From: a virus
Lineage: Duplodnaviria; Caudoviricetes
Length of the DNA stretch: 56,454 nt
Virus record (IMG/VR): IMGVR_UViG_3300020477_000030
Coordinates: 1 to 56,454 of that record
Reading direction: 5' to 3' (one strand)
Both the position numbers and the translations under genes were made by a program. Position 1 is the stretch's first letter; each line of letters starts with the position of its first letter. The notes beneath the pieces are model-generated. The model did no database searches and was not told the origin of the DNA. It saw nothing but the letters and a program-made list of their open reading frames with translations. Positions 46,716 to 55,286 of the stretch are shown piece by piece.

Positions 46716-47092
46716 TTGACAATCCTTATTTTTCTGAAGATGAACTTCGATGTAAAGGTACTGATGAATGCAGTATGAATGACTCATTTATGGAAAAATT
46801 AATTAACATTAGATCAGAACTAGACAGACCTATGATTATTAATTCAGGATACCGCCATCCTGCTCATAACAGCGCCATAGGAGGCGTTAAAGATTCTCCT
46901 CATGTATTTGGTAGGGCTGTAGACATAGCAGCCATTGGTGAAGTTGCCTATGAGATTGTAAGACTAGCTATGAAAAATGGTATGACAGGTATAGGTGTAG
47001 CTCAGAGAGGCTCACATGATCGTAGATTTATACATCTAGATGATATGTCATCTGATACTCACCCTCGTCCTTGGATATGGAGTTATAAATAA
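46712..47092 (+). CDS. peptidase M15 family endolysin
   Basis: YFSEDELRC, INSGYR, SPHVFGRAVD, FIHLD. Confidence 0.9.
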   Translation: MIDNPYFSEDELRCKGTDECSMNDSFMEKLINIRSELDRPMIINSGYRHPAHNSAIGGVKDSPHVFGRAVDIAAIGEVAYEIVRLAMKNGMTGIGVAQRGSHDRRFIHLDDMSSDTHPRPWIWSYK

Positions 47093-48090
47093 TGTTTGCA
47101 GTTCCAATAGATCAATCTGGTTTAGCTGGCTTTGTACCTGTTCGTAGGCAAAGCGGTAGTTCTATTGGGCTGCAAGATTTAGGCTTTGATATTTTTGGCC
47201 GACCTATTGGAACAGGTACTACAGATATAGGTAGTACTGATATAGGCGGTACTGATATAGGACAAATAGAACAACCTGTAAAATTTTCTCCTAGAATTGA
47301 TATAGATCAGCATGGTATTGATCCAGATGCTGATCCACCAGGAATACCTACAGAAGGCCCAGAAGTATCATTTCCTGATTTTGTTGATGCTGCTAGTAAA
47401 GGTTTACAATCACTTCCTGAAGCTGTTACAAGTTTTGTATCCGATATTTTTGATGAAGATAAATATAGTTATAATCCTGAAGAAGGATTTTTTGGAACCG
47501 CTGAAATAGCAGGAAAGTCTTTTGATGTTTTAGGTAAAGGTGCAAATTTTATTACATCAGGATTACTAGCTACAACTAAGGCTGCTCCTTTTGCTTCTTT
47601 ATTTGGTGATATGGTTGAGGGAGCTGTTACTGGAAAAGGTTTAAATGCTACCAATGTTGCATTTAGTCTTGCAAAAGCGGCTGCTGCATTTGTTGCTCCT
47701 CCTTTAGTTCCTATACTTACTCTTGTTAATTTATTTGCAAATATATTTGGTGATGATGATGTTGATGATGCAGGTCCAGGTCCAGGAGGTTTAGGCTCTA
47801 CTCCTGGTGATCCTGTAGATACTGCTATGGCAGGGTTAGGTATAGGGTTTGGTCCAGGAGCAGAATATGGCTATGATAATCCATATGGAGACCTAACTAT
47901 AGATGAACATACTGATTTTGGTACTATTGCAAATAATATAAATAATGCTATAGCAGAAGCAGCGCAGCAAGTAGCAGAAGAAGAAGCAGCAGCTACACCT
48001 GTAGCTTCGGATGATCAAGGTGATCCATCAGGAGGAAGTGATCCTAGTGATCAAGCAACTGATTCAGATGAGAGTGGAGATGTATGGTAA
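47092..48090 (+). CDS. highly acidic protein with a hydrophobic segment
   Basis: D/E/G/P-rich; hydrophobic AAAAFVAPPLVPILTLVNLFANIF. Confidence 0.65.
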   Translation: MFAVPIDQSGLAGFVPVRRQSGSSIGLQDLGFDIFGRPIGTGTTDIGSTDIGGTDIGQIEQPVKFSPRIDIDQHGIDPDADPPGIPTEGPEVSFPDFVDAASKGLQSLPEAVTSFVSDIFDEDKYSYNPEEGFFGTAEIAGKSFDVLGKGANFITSGLLATTKAAPFASLFGDMVEGAVTGKGLNATNVAFSLAKAAAAFVAPPLVPILTLVNLFANIFGDDDVDDAGPGPGGLGSTPGDPVDTAMAGLGIGFGPGAEYGYDNPYGDLTIDEHTDFGTIANNINNAIAEAAQQVAEEEAAATPVASDDQGDPSGGSDPSDQATDSDESGDVW

Positions 48091-48099
48091 TAAAATATA

Positions 48100-48507
48100 T
48101 TAAAACTTACACTTCTTAATTAACTCATCTATCTTATCTTTACCAAGAGCTTGCATATAACCTACGATCTCTTGTTCAATTGTTTCTGTAGATAAATGTG
48201 TAGTTCTATCAGACTTTGCGCCTCTAACTCTAGATAATAATTCCAGTGCTTTGATTGCACTATTGGTATGACCATGAGTAGCAGCAAAGGTATACTGAGA
48301 TTCCAGTTCATCTACAACATCAATATCAGTAACAAGTTCGTTCTCCAGTTCCTCAATTCTGGTTACGACTTCATCAATCTGTAATAATCTATACCCTTGA
48401 TTATTAGCAGACTTCTCAGAATACCCTGCTGCTTTTGCAGCCTCTGTTGCATTACGATGCAGGACATAGGCTTGTGCAAATTTTTCTTGTTTACCATTAA
48501 GAGACAT
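48100..48507 (-). CDS. terS: terminase small subunit
   Basis: LNGKQEKFAQAY...NATEAAKAAGYSEKSA...RLL and AIKALELL: Terminase_2-type HTH pattern. Confidence 0.88.
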   Translation of the reverse strand: MSLNGKQEKFAQAYVLHRNATEAAKAAGYSEKSANNQGYRLLQIDEVVTRIEELENELVTDIDVVDELESQYTFAATHGHTNSAIKALELLSRVRGAKSDRTTHLSTETIEQEIVGYMQALGKDKIDELIKKCKF

Positions 48508-48544
48508 AGTATTGTATTAATCCGTTTGTTAAGTAGGATAAATA

Positions 48545-48991
48545 TTATTGCTTGTCAGCAACATCCCTACTAGTAAAATCAGGAAAGCTGCCCATTTGAT
48601 ATATCAATCCTTGGTGTGCAGTGGTGTCATCTTCTTCAATGTACTTTCGTGGTCCTTTTCCAACGCTTTCCCTTTCTATATCATCATGATTAAATTCAGC
48701 CCAGTATAACTCAAAGGCTACTCCTTCATCTAACCCTTTAAACTGGTGATACTCTCCAGGTTTTACCTTGGTAAAGTCTCCTGCCTTGAGAATTGTCTGA
48801 TCAACTAGATCATAGGAATTTTTCCATACTCTGATAAGAAGTTGACCACGTTCTACAAAGAAACCATTCCATTTATATTGGTGCTTATGTTTACTACATT
48901 CACTGTCTTTTTTAAATTCAATACGATGAAATTCAAAAGAACTATTTGAAAATACATTTTCTGTATTTCCCCATATCTTCCCTTCTTTCAT
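48545..48991 (-). CDS. cupin-domain protein (sugar isomerase-like); start MKEGK
   Basis: KIWG, CSKHKH..K...F.V..G, V.PGEYHQF...E; GGAGG RBS. Confidence 0.8.
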   Translation of the reverse strand: MKEGKIWGNTENVFSNSSFEFHRIEFKKDSECSKHKHQYKWNGFFVERGQLLIRVWKNSYDLVDQTILKAGDFTKVKPGEYHQFKGLDEGVAFELYWAEFNHDDIERESVGKGPRKYIEEDDTTAHQGLIYQMGSFPDFTSRDVADKQ

Positions 48992-49015
48992 ATTAACTAT
49001 CCTCCACAAATTAGA

Positions 49016-49162
49016 TTAATTTTGTTCAAGTTCTTCTAATCTCTTTTCTATTTTATATTTTTCATATCTATCTATAACAGAAGAAAACACAGAAGCACCT
49101 ACAGTTAAAACTGTACAACCATTTAATAATAAAATAGCTGCACATAATACTAGTATCTTCAT
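49016..49162 (-). CDS. small lipoprotein, 48 aa (not in ORF track)
   Basis: GGAGG RBS, TAATG coupling to the holin; MKILVLCAAILLLNG/CTVLTVGASVFSS... Confidence 0.7.
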   Translation of the reverse strand: MKILVLCAAILLLNGCTVLTVGASVFSSVIDRYEKYKIEKRLEELEQN

Positions 49163-49566
49163 TACCTCCTCATGCTATTCCTAGCAACTCCTTTAGATTT
49201 TTCATATGAGCGAGCTGCTCCCAATCCAAGTAAAGCCATAATCAATCCAGTAAGTTCCTCTGTACCTAATGCAGGGAGAGTTATAACAGGATACCAGATC
49301 GCTAATCCCCATGATGCCATTGGAGCTAGGATATACTGCCATGCCAAAGCAAAGGCGCATATCCACATGATAGCAGGTCTAGCACCAGCCACAAAAATAG
49401 AATCATGTTTGGCTTGTTCTAGATTTGTTTGTGCTTGAAGTGCATCTAAATTAATTAACTGTGCTTGAAGTTCTGCATTAAGTTTAGTTTTTAAATCTTT
49501 ATCTTCTACAAATTTATCAAGCACTTTACCTGCTACACCAATAACACTTTCTGCAATTCCTAGCAT
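49162..49566 (-). CDS. holin, GTA 3TM family
   Basis: KVLDKFVEDKD, SIFVAGARPAIMWIC, LLGLGAARSYEK.KGV. Confidence 0.85.
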   Translation of the reverse strand: MLGIAESVIGVAGKVLDKFVEDKDLKTKLNAELQAQLINLDALQAQTNLEQAKHDSIFVAGARPAIMWICAFALAWQYILAPMASWGLAIWYPVITLPALGTEELTGLIMALLGLGAARSYEKSKGVARNSMRR

Positions 49567-49567
49567 A

Positions 49568-50203
49568 TTATTCTCCTCCTCTAATTGTATAGTCTGTTAA
49601 GTGTCCTACCTTTTCACATAACAGATATGTTGTAATTCCAGGGTAATTTTTCATTATATCTGATACAAGAATAAACCACCATTCAGGATTAAATACACTT
49701 ATGTGTACGTTTTCTCCATCTTCAAAATGTTTAGCAGCTTTAAAACAAGCTACGTTTAGAAAGACCATCTTTTCTGAATAAGAAAATATTTCATTTAAGA
49801 CCCATTCAAGATCAGGCTCATGAATATGTTCTAATACATCAATAGAAATAACTGCATCAAACTTTCCTTCTGGTTTTTTAGAATGTTCTGGATATGCAGG
49901 ATCATAACATTGATGATGTGTTAAATTCCATAGCTCTTGTAAAGGACGGCTAATACCTTTACCTTTATTTACTAAGGGTACTACCATATCACATTCTTCT
50001 GTATACAATAGTCCTTTACCTGAACCATAATCTAATAAAGATTTACATTCATGTACTATAATTTTTTGATGTACATTAGTAACGTATTTTAATAAACTTT
50101 TACCATTAAAATATCCCTTACCTTTATTATGAATTTTTTCATACTTTGTAACAAGTTCATCATAGCGTTCAGATGGGTTCTCTCTAGAAAAATCAGTCAT
50201 CAA
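49568..50203 (-). CDS. class I SAM-dependent methyltransferase
   Basis: LLDYGSGKG, YDPA, FDAVISIDVLEHI. Confidence 0.88.
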   Translation of the reverse strand: MMTDFSRENPSERYDELVTKYEKIHNKGKGYFNGKSLLKYVTNVHQKIIVHECKSLLDYGSGKGLLYTEECDMVVPLVNKGKGISRPLQELWNLTHHQCYDPAYPEHSKKPEGKFDAVISIDVLEHIHEPDLEWVLNEIFSYSEKMVFLNVACFKAAKHFEDGENVHISVFNPEWWFILVSDIMKNYPGITTYLLCEKVGHLTDYTIRGGE

Positions 50204-52631
50204 ACACCTCCTTAAATGTGGGCAGAGGTCGTTCTGATTCTATAATTTTCCATAACTCTGCAACCATTGTTCCTTCACCATGATAGGTAAAGTTAATTGA
50301 TGAGTTCTCATCTCTAAAACTACGCTCACAATCTTGAGCCATTGCTAAGAGTTCTCCTGTAGTCCAGAAGTCTTTGTCATTAACAGTAACCTTCATATAC
50401 TTAGGTTTAGGTTCTTCATCTTCAGCACCTGTAGTTTCTTTCATTTGTTCTTCAGTTGGTTCTTCCATTGAACAATCAAAACCAAACAAGTGCATTTCTC
50501 GAAAGCCCATTGTATTCATAATACCAATAGCTCTCATAGCTGCACATGTACCACCTGTAATTAAGGTAGAACCTTGAGGTATACCTAATTCACCTACCAA
50601 ATGTACTTGGTTGTTTACGATCTGTACGCCACGTTCATCTTCTTCTCTAAGAGATTCAGTAAAGGCGTGCCATCCATAGATATCAGCTTTCTTTTCTATA
50701 AGATGTTCTGTTACAGAAGGATCAGTCATAGAAGCTACAAAGAATTTTGTACTAGGATCAACGTCTTTAAATAAATCTTTACGTACAATACCATGTGTGC
50801 TTGTACCTGTAATAGGACGAGGATCAAGAAGAACACATGCCCAAGGTTTAATACCATTGGTTAATAGTTTATTATAACTATGTTTAACACATACTACTTT
50901 ACATCCTGGATTATCTTTAATAGTATCTTTAAGTTCTTTGATATCAAGATAAGGACCACCTGATACAATCAAAGCTGTTTTATTATGGGGGCTAATACGA
51001 TGCATAAATCGATTATGCTCAATCATTTTAAGATTAGACTTAATGTTATCTCTGATATAATCTTTTGATACACAATCTCTTGGATTAACTATAATAGGAA
51101 CTTGTCTAAATTTTTTAGGAACTTGAGGAAGTTCAGGATCATTTAAAATTAATGACAGATGTGCAATCCCTCCACCTCTTACATCATCTGAAGAAGGCAG
51201 TATAAGTTTTCTTATACCTGTATCTTCATCATCAAAAGAAGTCCATCCTTCTTCGTCTTCTTTACCTTCTTTAACTTTTGTTTCTTGAATAGATTCATAT
51301 ACTTTATTTACACCTTGATACTTTTCAATAACATTTCGTTCTGAACTATCTTGCATATAATAATTATCAAAGACAATAACTTTATTATGTTTTAGTTTTT
51401 TATATTCATTCTGTACTGTTTCAAAACTATTACCTCCTCCGAGCAAAACAAAATCAGCGTCTTTTTTAGTTAATGTATTACGTGTATTACCTTTAAATAA
51501 TTCAAAAGTAAAATATTTAGATTTACGTTTTAACATAATGTTAGCAAAATCAGTAAGCCTTGTTTCAACTGCACTCATTTTATTGTGAGCTTTAACATTA
51601 AATTCTTCTTCATCAGTTTCTGGAGTGGCTTCTTCAAATAAATCATAACCAATATAGTGAACAGTATCTGAATGCTCAAACATAGTCATAGCCATTTGAA
51701 TAGCCCGTCCACCATTCCAGGTTCCTGTTTCTAAAATAGTTTTTTCAGGCTTATAATGTTTCATTACATCAGATAGAAGTGTATACCGACTAGGTAGTAT
51801 ATCATGCGTGGTATCTTCTGATAAAGAAATAAATCGTTCACCTTTTTCATCTCGAATGTTTTTTAAAGAAGAAGCGTCTGCTCCTTGGAAATGTAAAAAC
51901 ATAGAAGATAAAGGAGATTGTTCAAAGGCAGAGAAGTTTTTTGTATCTGCATTCATTCCTAAGTTAAGAACTTTTAAACCATGCGCTTTATAAATAGTAA
52001 GTAGCCTGGTAAAGATAAAAGAATCATGCCACTCCCTATAATTAAATACTTCACCTGAAATATAAGCACCTCGTAAATCACCTAGTAAATCTTGAGTAGC
52101 TTTACTCTTTAAATTAAAGGCTATGAATGCACCTTCATGATACTCTTGATCAGATCGTTCTAGACAAACTACATCAGCACCTTCTGGAAGAAGAGCCAAT
52201 ACATCTTTAGTTGTCATACGTTTTAAAGTATAGGAATCTGCATCAATCCAAATAAGCCAACCAAGACTTGTTGTTGCTGGCAACATATCATGTTCAGCTA
52301 CTAGATTAAATGCAGATTCCGTTAAGGCAAATACCTTATGTGACCAACGTAAAGCATCAAGCTTCCAATTATAGTCTACTGTTTTTCCTTCTGTACCGTT
52401 ATGTTTAGTAAAAGTTTTTTGAAATGTATTGTAGTCTGGTACATCATGAAGAGATTTAAAATCAATTTGTTTAACATCAGGTACTACATAATTTTTTAAA
52501 TCCAGATCATGTGTATAACAGGTTAGATTAATATTAGGTTCCCATTTATCCAAGACTGATTCTAAAAACTTATATGAAGTATCAACAAATAAACTTTCAT
52601 TGAAAGAAGTTACAAAATTAATATTGGTCAT
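50193..52631 (-). CDS. tri-domain glycosyltransferase + SAM methyltransferase + Maf/MptE-like (DUF115) protein
   Basis: N: RWSHKV, WIDAD, EWHDSF (GT-A-like); middle: ILETGTWNG, GYDLFE, KGNT, VFDNY; C: ALIVSGGP, GGTCAAMRAI...MGFREMHLFGFDCS. Confidence 0.8.
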   Translation of the reverse strand: MTNINFVTSFNESLFVDTSYKFLESVLDKWEPNINLTCYTHDLDLKNYVVPDVKQIDFKSLHDVPDYNTFQKTFTKHNGTEGKTVDYNWKLDALRWSHKVFALTESAFNLVAEHDMLPATTSLGWLIWIDADSYTLKRMTTKDVLALLPEGADVVCLERSDQEYHEGAFIAFNLKSKATQDLLGDLRGAYISGEVFNYREWHDSFIFTRLLTIYKAHGLKVLNLGMNADTKNFSAFEQSPLSSMFLHFQGADASSLKNIRDEKGERFISLSEDTTHDILPSRYTLLSDVMKHYKPEKTILETGTWNGGRAIQMAMTMFEHSDTVHYIGYDLFEEATPETDEEEFNVKAHNKMSAVETRLTDFANIMLKRKSKYFTFELFKGNTRNTLTKKDADFVLLGGGNSFETVQNEYKKLKHNKVIVFDNYYMQDSSERNVIEKYQGVNKVYESIQETKVKEGKEDEEGWTSFDDEDTGIRKLILPSSDDVRGGGIAHLSLILNDPELPQVPKKFRQVPIIVNPRDCVSKDYIRDNIKSNLKMIEHNRFMHRISPHNKTALIVSGGPYLDIKELKDTIKDNPGCKVVCVKHSYNKLLTNGIKPWACVLLDPRPITGTSTHGIVRKDLFKDVDPSTKFFVASMTDPSVTEHLIEKKADIYGWHAFTESLREEDERGVQIVNNQVHLVGELGIPQGSTLITGGTCAAMRAIGIMNTMGFREMHLFGFDCSMEEPTEEQMKETTGAEDEEPKPKYMKVTVNDKDFWTTGELLAMAQDCERSFRDENSSINFTYHGEGTMVAELWKIIESERPLPTFKEVFDD

Positions 52632-52646
52632 GTGTATTATTATTCC

Positions 52647-53426
52647 TTATAAAAAGTATTTATGTACTTCGTCTTTAAGTACACCTATTGTTTGAAGATA
52701 TATAGCATCGTTGTTCCACTCTGCTGCATACTTACCGTCCATTTCTCTTTTACATTTCCAGTTGTAAAACCAAGGACCACCTGTAGTAAAGTGAACATTC
52801 TTAGCTTCAAGTTCTTCAGGTGAATGACCATCAAGCCAGTTCCATTCTTCATTAATAGAACCTATATCTGCTGGCTTATCTGGCAACCAACCAAACTTAT
52901 GTAGATATTGTCCTGTCTGTGTGTTTACAACATACGGAGTAAGCATTTGATTTTGAGGATGTTCACAATTGAACAGCATGAGGCTTGACCAATTCTTTCG
53001 GTAATACTGCTCCTGTTTTTGATTATCCATCTTCGTATTATCTTTAGGTGCGTACTCATGTTTAACGCAATAAATAGCATGAAAAGGATCGTTGTATTCT
53101 TCAAACAATTCACAGATGTCACTCCTTGGATACATGTCACAGTCCATATATAATGCCCACCCTTGATACATATTCAAGGCAGGTACTAGAAAACGAGAGA
53201 AAGAAAACTCAGAGGAGAAAGGTTTACCATCAATCTTGTCAATCTTCTGTCCATTCTCTACTGTATACTCTCGATTATACATACCTATTTTTTCCAAGAT
53301 ACCTTTCTTTAAAGGAAAAATATTCAGAGGATTTTTTGCAATGCGTTCTAAGTTCCATTTAAGAATACGATATGCAATCTCTTCTTTAGAATCATAACCA
53401 ATATATATGTTATATGTTTGTGACAT
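52647..53426 (-). CDS. glycosyltransferase, GT8/CDI-like (GT-A fold)
   Basis: IYIGYD, SEFSFSRFLVP, YMDCD, RKNWSSLMLFN, WNWL, HFTTGGPW. Confidence 0.88.
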   Translation of the reverse strand: MSQTYNIYIGYDSKEEIAYRILKWNLERIAKNPLNIFPLKKGILEKIGMYNREYTVENGQKIDKIDGKPFSSEFSFSRFLVPALNMYQGWALYMDCDMYPRSDICELFEEYNDPFHAIYCVKHEYAPKDNTKMDNQKQEQYYRKNWSSLMLFNCEHPQNQMLTPYVVNTQTGQYLHKFGWLPDKPADIGSINEEWNWLDGHSPEELEAKNVHFTTGGPWFYNWKCKREMDGKYAAEWNNDAIYLQTIGVLKDEVHKYFL

Positions 53427-53428
53427 AC

Positions 53429-53869
53429 TTACTCCTCAATTTTAAATATCTGTGGTTGCTTCTCTTCAGGCAAAACTATATTTAATATAATAGTAAGTAT
53501 ACCATTCTTCAAAGCTACCTTATCAACTACAGCATATTCATTTAAAGAAAATGATTTATTAAATTTACGAGAAGCAATTCCTTTTACGACATAACTGTTT
53601 TCATCTTCATCTTTAATCTCTCCTTTAATACTTAGAATATGATCTTGATGTTTAACCTCAATATTATCAGCAATAAATCCTGCAACAGCTATTGAAATTT
53701 CATAAGACGAATCTGTTTTCTTAACAATATTAAATGGAGGATAAGAATTATTATCTCGACGCCCATTGTGACTAAGTTCAATCTTGTTTAAAAGTTTTTC
53801 AAAACCAATTGACTGTTCAAAAAAACTATTCCATACATGAGATGGAAAATTAGGTGGAATTGTGGTCAT
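53429..53869 (-). CDS. small heat shock protein Hsp20 (IbpA-like)
   Basis: SYPPFNI, IAVAGF, KGIASRKF, ALKNGILTI, PEEKQP. Confidence 0.95.
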   Translation of the reverse strand: MTTIPPNFPSHVWNSFFEQSIGFEKLLNKIELSHNGRRDNNSYPPFNIVKKTDSSYEISIAVAGFIADNIEVKHQDHILSIKGEIKDEDENSYVVKGIASRKFNKSFSLNEYAVVDKVALKNGILTIILNIVLPEEKQPQIFKIEE

Positions 53870-53925
53870 AGTATTCTCCTTTCGTTAGCAAGAAAAATAG
53901 AGAACCTTTATAGCATTCCCTATTT
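53867..53925 (-). promoter_or_regulatory. ROSE-like RNA thermometer in the hsp20 5' UTR
   Basis: UUCUUGCU-aacgaa-AGGAGAA hairpin with bulged G over the SD, preceded by a 10-bp hairpin. Confidence 0.75.
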
Positions 53926-53931
53926 CAAGAA

Positions 53932-53960
53932 AGTATAGCATATTTTTTATCAAGTGTCAA
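53932..53960 (-). promoter_or_regulatory. sigma70-type promoter for the hsp20/glycosylation operon
   Basis: Minus strand TTGACA-17 nt-TATACT with extended TG. Confidence 0.8.
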
Positions 53961-54055
53961 CAAAAATCTTTAATTAAACGTAACCCTATCTAGGAAGCTC
54001 ACTGGTAAGTTTTAGTATACTTCTGGTGGGTAGGTAGCCAAGCATGTCTTTAACC

Positions 54056-54772
54056 CTACTCAGCAGCCTTCTCAGAGAGAAAATTTTTAGAATTTACTAG
54101 AAATTCCCAAGATATGGGGAATAATTTCTGACATTCCTTATCAATCTCTCTTGCAATAAATCTTGTCTCTTCTTGTGCGTCTTTTTCTAATCGAAGATTA
54201 CAAATCCTACTAAATGCTATTAAGCTTCCTGACCAATACCATTCTGTGTACATACTTTGTGGAAGAACCATGCGTGCCATTTCAGGAGCAACACCTTTTC
54301 GTAAGAGTTGTTGATATGTCCATTTACATTTATGTATTGCTTGATAGTAATCATCTACCATAGAAGGACCAGTTCCTGAAGCAGGATTAATCTCAATAAT
54401 ATTTTCTGAACTACCTTGTTTTTTATTATCAGGTTTTCCTCTCCAATAACCAGGATAATAAAATTCGGGTTCATAGTCTACATATCTACGACTAATCTCA
54501 TTCCATACTAAACCTATCTGATGTTTACCTAGCTGTCTTGCAACAAACAGTGGAGCCTTAATTCTAAATTGAACAGAGCAATGAGCAAAGGGAGTCCAGT
54601 GATTATGTTTAGCTAAGTAAGCTATAAGTCGTTCATCATTTTCACGTAATAAATTTCTTACAGGACCAGCTTCAGGTATAGCTTCCCATTCAGATTCTTT
54701 ATCAAACGATACTCTTGCAGCATTAACAACGGTTAAGTCTGAACCCATGTGATCTATTAAAGTTACTTTCAT
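54056..54772 (-). CDS. thyX: FAD-dependent thymidylate synthase
   Basis: VVNAARVSF, HWTPF, RQLGKHQ...WNEISRRY, EMARMVLPQ, AQEE. Confidence 0.95.
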   Translation of the reverse strand: MKVTLIDHMGSDLTVVNAARVSFDKESEWEAIPEAGPVRNLLRENDERLIAYLAKHNHWTPFAHCSVQFRIKAPLFVARQLGKHQIGLVWNEISRRYVDYEPEFYYPGYWRGKPDNKKQGSSENIIEINPASGTGPSMVDDYYQAIHKCKWTYQQLLRKGVAPEMARMVLPQSMYTEWYWSGSLIAFSRICNLRLEKDAQEETRFIAREIDKECQKLFPISWEFLVNSKNFLSEKAAE

Positions 54773-54879
54773 TTAAAGCATAATCCTATTCTCTTAAAAA
54801 AAGATTTAATATAAAAGGTAAAGCTTTCTCTTTCAATAGGAGTACCTCCTAGATATCCAGGTATTCTTTGTTTCTTCAT
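54769..54879 (-). CDS. hypothetical 36-aa protein (not in ORF track)
   Basis: ATGA coupling at both ends; MKKQRIPGYLGGTP... Confidence 0.45.
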   Translation of the reverse strand: MKKQRIPGYLGGTPIERESFTFYIKSFFKRIGLCFK

Positions 54880-55055
54880 TCCATATGAATCCCAAAGTCA
54901 TCAGTAAATCCTGAATCTTTAAACTCTTCTATAGGTTTATCCACATCACTACCCATATAACGTATAAGTAAATCAATAGCTTCCAATATATTGTCATCAC
55001 CTTTAGGTACACTCTCTCGATATTTTTTTAAATCGTTAATTAATATATGATACAT
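54876..55055 (-). CDS. hypothetical 59-aa protein (not in ORF track)
   Basis: AGGAG RBS; MYHILINDLKKYRESVP...DDFGIHME. Confidence 0.6.
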   Translation of the reverse strand: MYHILINDLKKYRESVPKGDDNILEAIDLLIRYMGSDVDKPIEEFKDSGFTDDFGIHME

Positions 55056-55056
55056 T

Positions 55057-55281
55057 TTATACTCCTGTTAACTTTTTAAAACAGTTAATACTTTTAATAG
55101 GTATATCAGAGCTAAAATTTAAATAAGCAAAAGCTTTTAATTCTTCTAAATTATTATGTATATGTTCGTAGCAATGTTCTATTTTAGAAAACTCTAAAAG
55201 CTTGTTATTTTTAAAATTAATTTCTAATGCATCATCAGCAGAAGGATCAAGAAGAAACATTATAATAACTATTTTATACAT
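55057..55281 (-). CDS. hypothetical protein
   Basis: GGAGG RBS; hydrophobic N-terminus, two Cys. Confidence 0.6.
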   Translation of the reverse strand: MYKIVIIMFLLDPSADDALEINFKNNKLLEFSKIEHCYEHIHNNLEELKAFAYLNFSSDIPIKSINCFKKLTGV

Positions 55282-55286
55282 TTTAA

